DNA from: Auanema rhodensis
Lineage: Eukaryota; Animalia; Nematoda
DNA: 64,000 bases
Assembly: GCA_964057225.1 (NCBI GenBank)
Contig: OZ059900.1
Location: forward strand, 18,662,001 to 18,726,000
Direction: 5' to 3'
The position numbers and the translations under genes were made by a program. The notes beneath the pieces were generated by a model that was given only the letters and a program-made list of their open reading frames with translations, had not been told where the DNA came from and did not search any database. Every line of letters starts with the position of its first letter. Positions within the stretch are counted from its first letter, which is position 1. Of the stretch, positions 1 through 10,602 are shown piece after piece.

Positions 1-342
1 AACAGGGGTTAGAAAATTAAGGAAATTAGCATATTCTGAGGGCACGCCCCTTATGGCTAATATTGATTAAATCGATTTTTGTTCATATGAGTCGTCAAAT
101 GCAACGAATTTCAGCGTGTTACATACTAAAATGAAGCATTTTACATGCTGAACACTAGAAGAATACAAAAACACAGTATTTCCCATGAGAAATATTTTAT
201 TATGCTGGAAAACCAGTTTTTGGAAATTTCGCTGTAAACAAGGTTTTGACTTACGATTTCATGTGTTCAAACTCATGCAATGTCAATGAAACCTAGCTCA
301 AAATTGTTCGTACAACGTCTAGTTCCACTTTCACGACAAAAA
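1..342 (+). repeat. Reference monomer (arbitrary phase) of the 342-bp satellite
   Basis: Hand count gives 59 C + 58 G = 34% GC and 10 CpG. Single ClaI site (ATCGAT, 71-76) and NdeI site (CATATG, 84-89). Position 161 is a common G/A polymorphism (GAAGAATAC vs GAAAAATAC) throughout the array. Confidence 0.98.
227..243 (+). other. CENP-B-box-like 17-mer (TTTCGCTGTAAACAAGG), once per monomer; function unproven
   Basis: 11/17 identity to the human CENP-B box CTTCGTTGGAAACGGGA. It matches 7 of the 9 core positions of NTTCGNNNNANNCGGGN (has CAAG instead of CGGG). Confidence 0.3.
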
Positions 343-3300
343 AACAGGGGTTAGAAAATTAAGGAAATTAGCATATTCTGAGGGCACGCCCCTTATGGCT
401 AATATTGATTAAATCGATTTTTGTTCATATGAGTCGTCAAATGCAACGAATTTCAGCGTGTTACATACTAAAATGAAGCATTTTACATGCTGAACACTAG
501 AAGAATACAAAAACACAGTATTTCCCATGAGAAATATTTTATTATGCTGGAAAACCAGTTTTTGGAAATTTCGCTGTAAACAAGGTTTTGACTTACGATT
601 TCATGTGTTCAAACTCATGCAATGTCAATGAAACCTAGCTCAAAATTGTTCGTACAACGTCTAGTTCCACTTTCACGACAAAAAAACAGGGGTTAGAAAA
701 TTAAGGAAATTAGCATATTCTGAGGGCACGCCCCTTATGGCTAATATTGATTAAATCGATTTTTGTTCATATGAGTCGTCAAATGCAACGAATTTCAGCG
801 TGTTACATACTAAAATGAAACATTTTACATGCTGAACACTAGAAGAATACAAAAACACAGTATTTCCCATGAGAAATATTTTATTATGCTGGAAAACCAG
901 TTTTTGGAAATTTCGCTGTAAACAAGGTTTTGACTTACGATTTCATGTGTTCAAACTCATGCAATGTCAATGAAACCTAGCTCAAAATTGTTCGTACAAC
1001 GTCTAGTTCCACTTTCACGACAAAAAAACAGGGGTTAGAAAATTAAGGAAATTAGCATATTCTGAGGGCAAGCCCCTTATGGCTAATATTGATTAAATCG
1101 ATTTTTGTTCATATGAGTCGTCAAATGCAACGAATTTCAGCGTGTTACATACTAAAATGAAGCATTTTACATGCTGAACACTAGAAAAATACAAAAACAC
1201 AGTATTTCCCATGAGAAATATTTTATTATGCTGGAAAACCAGTTTTTGGAAATTTCGCTGTAAACAAGGTTTTGACTTACGATTTCATGTGTTCAAACTC
1301 ATGCAATGTCAATGAAACCTAGCTCAAAATTGTTCGTACAACGTCTAGTTCCACTTTCACGACAAAAAAACAGGGGTTAGAAAATTAAGGAAATTAGCAT
1401 ATTCTGAGGGCACGCCCCTTATGGCTAATATTGATTAAATCGATTTTTGTTCATATGAGTCGTCAAATGCAACGAATTTCAGCGTGTTACATACTAAAAT
1501 GAAGCATTTTACATGCTGAACACTAGAAGAATACAAAAACACAGTATTTCCCATGAGAAATATTTTATTATGCTGGAAAACCAGTTTTTGGAAATTTCGC
1601 TGTAAACAAGGTTTTGACTTACGATTTCATGTGTTCAAACTCATGCAATGTCAATGAAACCTAGCTCAAAATTGTTCGTACAACGTCTAGTTCCACTTTC
1701 ACGACAAAAAAACAGGGGTTAGAAAATTAAGGAAATTAGCATATTCTGAGGGCAAGCCCCTTATGGCTAATATTGATTAAATCGATTTTTGTTCATATGA
1801 GTCGTCAAATGCAACGAATTTCAGCGTGTTACATACTAAAATGAAGCATTTTACATGCTGAACACTAGAAAAATACAAAAACACAGTATTTCCCATGAGA
1901 AATATTTTATTATGCTGGAAAACCAGTTTTTGGAAATTTCGCTGTAAACAAGGTTTTGACTTACGATTTCATGTGTTCAAACTCATGCAATGTCAATGAA
2001 ACCTAGCTCAAAATTGTTCGTACAACGTCTAGTTCCACTTTCACGACAAAAAAACAGGGGTTAGAAAATTAAGGAAATTAGCATATTCTGAGGGCACGCC
2101 CCTTATGGCTAATATTGATTAAATCGATTTTTGTTCATATGAGTCGTCAATTGCAACGAATTTCAGCGTGTTACATACTAAAATGAAGCATTTTACATGC
2201 TGAACACTAGAAAAATACAAAAACACAGTATTTCCCATGAGAAATATTTTATTATGCTGGAAAACCAGTTTTTGGAAATTTCGCTGTAAACAAGGTTTTG
2301 ACTTACGATTTCATGTGTTCAAACTCATGCAATGTCGATGAAACCTAGCTCAAAATTGTTCGTACAACGTCTAGTTCCACTTTCACGACAAAAAAACAGG
2401 GGTTAGAAAATTAAGGAAATTAGCATATTCTGAGGGCACGCCCCTTATGGCTAATATTGATTAAATCGATTTTTGTTCATATGAGTCGTCAAATGCAACG
2501 AATTTCAGCGTGTTACATACTAAAATGAAGCATTTTACATGCTGAACACTAGAAAAATACAAAAACACAGTATTTCCCATGAGAAATATTTTATTATGCT
2601 GGAAAACCAGTTTTTGGAAATTTCGCTGTAAACAAGGTTTTGACTTACGATTTCATGTGTTCAAACTCATGCAATGTCAATGAAACCTAGCTCAAAATTG
2701 TTCGTACAACGTCTAGTTCCACTTTCACGACAAAAAAACAGGGGTTAGAAAATTAAGGAAATTAGCATATTCTGAGGGCACGCCCCTTATGGCTAATATT
2801 GATTAAATCGATTTTTGTTCATATGAGTCGTCAAATGCAACGAATTTCAGCGTGTTACATACTAAAATGAAGCATTTTACATGCTGAACACTAGAAAAAT
2901 ACAAAAACACAGTATTTCCTATGAGAAATATTTTATTATGCTGGAAAACCAGTTTTTGGAAATTTCGCTGTAAACAAGGTTTTGACTTACGATTTCATGT
3001 GTTCAAACTCATGCAATGTCAATGAAACCTAGCTCAAAATTGTTCGTACAACGTCTAGTTCCACTTTCACGACAAAAAAACAGGGGTTAGAAAATTAAGG
3101 AAATTAGCATATTCTGAGGGCACGCCCCTTATGGCTAATATTGATTAAATCGATTTTTGTTCATATGAGTCGTCAAATGCAACGAATTTCAGCGTGTTAC
3201 ATACTAAAATGAAGCATTTTACATGCTGAACACTAGAAGAAAACAAAAACACAGTATTTCCCATGAGAAATATTTTATTATGCTGGAAAACCAGTTTTTG

Positions 3301-5130
3301 GAAATTTCGCTGTAAACAAGGTTTTGACTTACGATTTCATGTGTTCAAACTCATGCAATGTCAATGAAACCTAGCTCAAAATTGTTCGTACAACGTCTAG
3401 TTCCACTTTCACGACAAAAAAACAGGGGTTAGAAAATTAAGGAAATTAGCATATTCTGAGGGCACGCCCCTTATGGCTAATATTGATTAAATCGATTTTT
3501 GTTCATATGAGTCGTCAAATGCAACCAATTTCAGCGTGTTACATACTAAAATGAAGCATTTTACATGCTGAACACTAGAAAAATACGAAAACACAGTATT
3601 TCCCATGAGAAATATTTTATTATGCTGGAAAACCAGTTTTTGGAAATTTCGCTGTAAACAAGGTTTTGACTTACGATTTCATGTGTTCAAACTCATGCAA
3701 TGTCAATGAAACCTAGCTCAAAATTGTTCGTACAACGTCTAGTTCCACTTTCACGACAAAAAAACAGGGGTTAGAAAATTAAGGAAATTAGCATATTCTG
3801 AGGGCACGCCCCTTATGGCTAATATTGATTAAATCGATTTTTGTTCATATGAGTCGTCAAATGCAACGAATTTCAGCGTGTTACATACTAAAATGAAGCA
3901 TTTTACATGCTGAACACTAGAAAAATACAAAAACACAGTATTTCCCATGAGAAATATTTTATTATGCTGGAAAACCAGTTTTTGGAAATTTCGCTGTAAA
4001 CAAGGTTTTGACTTACGATTTCATGTGTTCAAACTCATGCAATGTCAATGAAACCTAGCTCAAAATTGTTCGTACAACGTCTAGTTCCACTTTCACGACA
4101 AAAAAACAGGGGTTAGAAAATTAAGGAAATTAGCATATTCTGAGGGCACGCCCCTTATGGCTAATATTGATTAAATCGATTTTTGTTCATATGAGTCGTC
4201 AAATGCAACCAATTTCAGCGTGTTACATACTAAAATGAAGCATTTTACATGCTGAACACTAGAAAAATACGAAAACACAGTATTTCCCATGAGAAATATT
4301 TTATTATGCTGGAAAACCAGTTTTTGGAAATTTCGCTGTAAACAAGGTTTTGACTTACGATTTCATGTGTTCAAACTCATGCAATGTCAATGAAACCTAG
4401 CTCAAAATTGTTCGTACAACGTCTAGTTCCACTTTCACGACAAAAAAACAGGGGTTAGAAAATTAAGGAAATTAGCATATTCTGAGGGCACGCCCCTTAT
4501 GGCTAATATTGATTAAATCGATTTTTGTTCATATGAGTCGTCAAATGCAACGAATTTCAGCGTGTTACATACTAAAATGAAGCATTTTACATGCTGAACA
4601 CTAGAAAAATACAAAAACACAGTATTTCCCATGAGAAATATTTTATTATGCTGGAAAACCAGTTTTTGGAAATTTAGCTGTAAACAAGGTTTTGACTTAC
4701 GATTTCATGTGTTCAAACTCATGCAATGTCAATGAAACCTAGCTCAAAATTGTTCGTACAACGTCTAGTTCCACTTTCACGACAAAAAAACAGGGGTTAG
4801 AAAATTAAGGAAATTAGCATATTCTGAGGGCACGCCCCTTATGGCTAATATTGATTAAATCGATTTTTGTTCATATGAGTCGTCAAATGCAACGAATTTC
4901 AGCGTGTTACATACTAAAATGAAGCATTTTACATGCTGAACACTAGAAAAATACAAAAACACAGTATTTCCCATGAGAAATATTTTATTATGCTGGAAAA
5001 CCAGTTTTTGGAAATTTCGCTGTAAACAAGGTTTTGACTTACGATTTCATGTGTTCAAACTCATGCAATGTCAATGAAACCTAGCTCAAAATTGTTCGTA
5101 CAACGTCTAGTTCCACTTTCACGACAAAAA

Positions 5131-8100
5131 AACAGGGGTTAGAAAATTAAGGAAATTAGCATATTATGAGGGCACGCCCCTTATGGCTAATATTGATTAA
5201 ATCGATTTTTGTTCATATGAGTCGTCAAATGCAACGAATTTCAGCGTGTTACATACTAAAATGAAGCATTTTACATGCTGAACACTAGAAGAATACAAAA
5301 ACACAGTATTTCCCATGAGAAATATTTTATTATGCTGGAAAACCAGTTTTTGGAAATTTCGCTGTAAACAAGGTTTTGACTTACGATTTCATGTGTTCAA
5401 ACTCATGCAATGTCAATGAAACCTAGCTCAAAATTGTTCGTACAACGTCTAGTTCCACTTTCACGACAAAAAAACAGGGGTTAAAAAATTAAGGAAATTA
5501 GCATATTCTGAGGGCACGCCCCTTATGGCTAATATTGATTAAATCGATTTTTGTTCATATGAGTCGTCAAATGCAACGAATTTCAGCGTGTTACATACTA
5601 AAATGAAGCATTTTACATGCTGAACACTAGAAAAATACAAAAACACAGTATTTCCCATGAGAAATATTTTATTATGCTGGAAAACCAGTTTTTGGAAATT
5701 TCGCTGTAAACAAGGTTTTGACTTACGATTTCATGTGTTCAAACTCATGCAATGTCAATGAAACCTAGCTCAAAATTGTTCGTACAACGTCTAGTTCCAC
5801 TTTCACGACAAAAAAACAGGGGTTAGAAAATTAAGGAAATTAGCATATTCTGAGGGCACGCCCCTTATGGCTAATATTGATTAAATCGATTTTTGTTCAT
5901 ATGAGTCGTCAAATGCAACGAATTTCAGCGTGTTACATACTAAAATGAAGCATTTTACATGCTGAACACTAGAAGAATACAAAAACACAGTATTTCCCAT
6001 GAGAAATATTTTATTATGCTGGAAAACCAGTTTTTGGAAATTTCGCTGTAAACAAGGTTTTGACTTACGATTTCATGTGTTCAAACTCATGCAATGTCAA
6101 TGAAACCTAGCTCAAAATTGTTCGTACAACGTCTAGTTCCACTTTCACGACAAAAAAACAGGGGTTAAAAAATTAAGGAAATTAGCATATTCTGAGGGCA
6201 CGCCCCTTATGGCTAATATTGATTAAATCGATTTTTGTTCATATGAGTCGTCAAATGCAACGAATTTCAGCGTGTTACATACTAAAATGAAGCATTTTAC
6301 ATGCTGAACACTAGAAGAATACAAAAACACAGTATTTCCCATGAGAAATATTTTATTATGCTGGAAAACCAGTTTGTGGAAATTTCGCTGTAAACAAGGT
6401 TTTGACTTACGATTTCATGTGTTCAAACTCATGCAATGTCAATGAAACCTAGCTCAAAATTGTTCGTACAACGTCTAGTTCCACTTTCACGACAAAAAAA
6501 CTGGGGTTAGAAAATTAAGGAAATTAGCATATTCTGAGGGCACGCCCCTTATGGCTAATATTGATTAAATCGATTTTTGTTCATATGAGTCGTCAAATGC
6601 AACGAATTTCAGCGTGTTACATACTAAAATGAAGCATTTTACATGCTGAACACTAGAAAAATACAAAAACACAGTATTTCCCATGAGAAATATTTTATTA
6701 TGCTGGAAAACCAGTTTTTGGAAATTTCGCTGTAAACAAGGTTTTGACTTACGATTTCATGTGTTCAAACTCATGCAATGTTAATGAAACCTAGCTCAAA
6801 ATTGTTCGTACAACGTCTAGTTCCACTTTCACGACAAAAAAACAGGGGTTAGAAAATTAAGGAAATTAGCATATTCTGAGGGCACGCCCCTTATGGCTAA
6901 TATTGATTAAATCGATTTTTGTTCATATGAGTCGTCAAATGCAACGAATTTCAGCGTGTTACATACTAAAATGAAGCATTTCACATGCTGAACACTAGAA
7001 AAATACAAAAACACAGTATTTCCCATGAGAAATATTTTATTATGCTGGAAAACCAGTTTTTGGAAATTTCGCTGTAAACAAGGTTTTGACTTACGATTTC
7101 ATGTGTTCAAACTCATGCAATATCAATGAAACCTAGCTCAAAATTGTTCGTACAACGTCTAGTTCCACTTTCACGACAAAAAAACAGGGGTTAGAAAATT
7201 AAGGAAATTAGCATATTCTGAGGGCACGCCCCTTATGGCTAATATTGATTAAATCGATTTTTGTTCATATGAGTCGTCAAATGCGACGAATTTCAGCGTG
7301 TTACATACTAAAATGAAGCATTTTACATGCTGAACACTAGAAGAATACAAAAACACAGTATTTCCCATGAGAAATATTTTATTATGCTGGAAAACCAGTT
7401 TTTGGAAATTTCGCTGTAAACAAGGTTTTGACTTACGATTTCATGTGTTCAAACTCATGCAATGTCAATGAAACCTAGCTCAAAATTGTTCGTACAACGT
7501 CTAGTTCCACTTTCACGACAAAAAAACTGGGGTTAGAAAATTAAGGAAATTAGCATATTCTGAGGGCACGCCCCTTATGGCTAATATTGATTAAATCGAT
7601 TTTTGTTCATATGAGTCGTCAAATGCAACGAATTTCAGCGTGTTACATACTAAAATGAAGCATTTTACATGCTGAACACTAGAAAAATACAAAAACACAG
7701 TATTTCCCATGAGAAATATTTTATTATGCTGGAAAACCAGTTTTTGGAAATTTCGCTGTAAACAAGGTTTTGACTTACGATTTCATGTGTTCAAACTCAT
7801 GCAATGTCAATGAAACCTAGCTCAAAATTGTTCGTACAACGTCTAGTTCCACTTTCACGACAAAAAAACAGGGGTTAGAAAATTAAGGAAATTAGCATAT
7901 TATGAGGGCACGCCCCTTATGGCTAATATTGATTAAATCGATTTTTGTTCATATGAGTCGTCAAATGCAACGAATTTCAGCGTGTTACATACTAAAATGA
8001 AGCATTTTACATGCTGAACACTAGAAGAATACAAAAACACAGTATTTCCCATGAGAAATATTTTATTATGCTGGAAAACCAGTTTTTGGAAATTTCGCTG

Positions 8101-10602
8101 TAAACAAGGTTTTGACTTACGATTTCATGTGTTCAAACTCATGCAATGTCAATGAAACCTAGCTCAAAATTGTTCGTACAACGTCTAGTTCCACTTTCAC
8201 GACAAAAAAACAGGGGTTAAAAAATTAAGGAAATTAGCATATTCTGAGGGCACGCCCCTTATGGCTAATATTGATTAAATCGATTTTTGTTCATATGAGT
8301 CGTCAAATGCAACGAATTTCAGCGTGTTACATACTAAAATGAAGCATTTTACATGCTGAACACTAGAAAAATACAAAAACACAGTATTTCCCATGAGAAA
8401 TATTTTATTATGCTGGAAAACCAGTTTTTGGAAATTTCGCTGTAAACAAGGTTTTGACTTACGATTTCATGTGTTCAAACTCATGCAATGTCAATGAAAC
8501 CTAGCTCAAAATTGTTCGTACAACGTCTAGTTCCACTTTCACGACAAAAAAACAGGGGTTAGAAAATTAAGGAAATTAGCATATTCTGAGGGCACGCCCC
8601 TTATGGCTAATATTGATTAAATCGATTTTTGTTCATATGAGTCGTCAAATGCAACGAATTTCAGCGTGTTACATACTAAAATGAAGCATTTTACATGCTG
8701 AACACTAGAAGAATACAAAAACACAGTATTTCCCATGAGAAATATTTTATTATGCTGGAAAACCAGTTTTTGGAAATTTCGCTGTAAACAAGGTTTTGAC
8801 TTACGATTTCATGTGTTCAAACTCATGCAATGTCAATGAAACCTAGCTCAAAATTGTTCGTACAACGTCTAGTTCCACTTTCACGACAAAAAAACAGGGG
8901 TTAAAAAATTAAGGAAATTAGCATATTCTGAGGGCACGCCCCTTATGGCTAATATTGATTAAATCGATTTTTGTTCATATGAGTCGTCAAATGCAACGAA
9001 TTTCAGCGTGTTACATACTAAAATGAAGCATTTTACATGCTGAACACTAGAAGAATACAAAAACACAGTATTTCCCATGAGAAATATTTTATTATGCTGG
9101 AAAACCAGTTTGTGGAAATTTCGCTGTAAACAAGGTTTTGACTTACGATTTCATGTGTTCAAACTCATGCAATGTCAATGAAACCTAGCTCAAAATTGTT
9201 CGTACAACGTCTAGTTCCACTTTCACGACAAAAAAACTGGGGTTAGAAAATTAAGGAAATTAGCATATTCTGAGGGCACGCCCCTTATGGCTAATATTGA
9301 TTAAATCGATTTTTGTTCATATGAGTCGTCAAATGCAACGAATTTCAGCGTGTTACATACTAAAATGAAGCATTTTACATGCTGAACACTAGAAAAATAC
9401 AAAAACACAGTATTTCCCATGAGAAATATTTTATTATGCTGGAAAACCAGTTTTTGGAAATTTCGCTGTAAACAAGGTTTTGACTTACGATTTCATGTGT
9501 TCAAACTCATGCAATGTTAATGAAACCTAGCTCAAAATTGTTCGTACAACGTCTAGTTCCACTTTCACGACAAAAAAACAGGGGTTAGAAAATTAAGGAA
9601 ATTAGCATATTCTGAGGGCACGCCCCTTATGGCTAATATTGATTAAATCGATTTTTGTTCATATGAGTCGTCAAATGCAACGAATTTCAGCGTGTTACAT
9701 ACTAAAATGAAGCATTTTACATGCTGAACACTAGAAAAATACAAAAACACAGTATTTCCCATGAGAAATATTTTATTATGCTGGAAAACCAGTTTTTGGA
9801 AATTTCGCTGTAAACAAGGTTTTGACTTACGATTTCATGTGTTCAAACTCATGCAATATCAATGAAACCTAGCTCAAAATTGTTCGTACAACGTCTAGTT
9901 CCACTTTCACGACAAAAAAACAGGGGTTAGAAAATTAAGGAAATTAGCATATTCTGAGGGCACGCCCCTTATGGCTAATATTGATTAAATCGATTTTTGT
10001 TCATATGAGTCGTCAAATGCGACGAATTTCAGCGTGTTACATACTAAAATGAAGCATTTTACATGCTGAACACTAGAAGAATACAAAAACACAGTATTTC
10101 CCATGAGAAATATTTTATTATGCTGGAAAACCAGTTTTTGGAAATTTCGCTGTAAACAAGGTTTTGACTTACGATTTCATGTGTTCAAACTCATGCAATG
10201 TCAATGAAACCTAGCTCAAAATTGTTCGTACAACGTCTAGTTCCACTTTCACGACAAAAAAACTGGGGTTAGAAAATTAAGGAAATTAGCATATTCTGAG
10301 GGCACGCCCCTTATGGCTAATATTGATTAAATCGATTTTTGTTCATATGAGTCGTCAAATGCAACGAATTTCAGCGTGTTACATACTAAAATGAAGCATT
10401 TTACATGCTGAACACTAGAAAAATACAAAAACACAGTATTTCCCATGAGAAATATTTTATTATGCTGGAAAACCAGTTTTTGGAAATTTCGCTGTAAACA
10501 AGGTTTTGACTTACGATTTCATGTGTTCAAACTCATGCAATGTCAATGAAACCTAGCTCAAAATTGTTCGTACAACGTCTAGTTCCACTTTCACGACAAA
10601 AA
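5131..10602. repeat. Two tandem copies of an 8-monomer (2736-bp) higher-order repeat
   Basis: The same SNP series recurs 2736 bp apart: C36A at 5166/7902, T220G at 6376/9112, C284T at 6782/9518, G282A at 7122/9858 and A103G at 7285/10021. The G12A, A4T and position-161 patterns also match. The only difference seen is T142C at 6982. Confidence 0.93.

Noticed and set aside
5-12. Telomere-like GGGGTTAG and G-quadruplex potential
   Set aside because: A single permuted unit per monomer, not tandem. There are too few G-runs for an intramolecular quadruplex.
185-289. 34-codon ORF MRNILLCWKTSFWKFRCKQGFDLRFHVFKLMQCQ in each monomer
   Set aside because: The length is expected by chance and I recognise no domain. 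The common T186C removes its ATG and C284T introduces a stop, so there is no sign of coding constraint.
1-342. Primate alpha-satellite dimer (2 x 171 bp)
   Set aside because: Only short scattered resemblances (CAGTTTTTGGAAA, ATTCTGAG, TTCAAACTCA) that are not collinear with the alphoid consensus. The two 171-bp halves do not align in register.
1-342. 5S rRNA, tRNA, snRNA or spliced-leader tandem gene unit
   Set aside because: I recognise no 5S or tRNA sequence, cloverleaf or convincing Pol III A/B boxes, and the unit is uniformly AT-rich. An Infernal/Rfam scan would be the decisive test.
1-342. Tandem MITE or other transposon-derived unit
   Set aside because: No terminal inverted repeats bounding the unit and no target-site duplications are visible. 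A remote TE origin cannot be excluded without a Dfam/Repbase search.
1-342. Assignment to a named satellite family or species (e.g. ~340-360 bp AT-rich beetle satellites)
   Set aside because: Length and composition are compatible but not diagnostic, and I do not recognise the sequence. It needs BLASTN.
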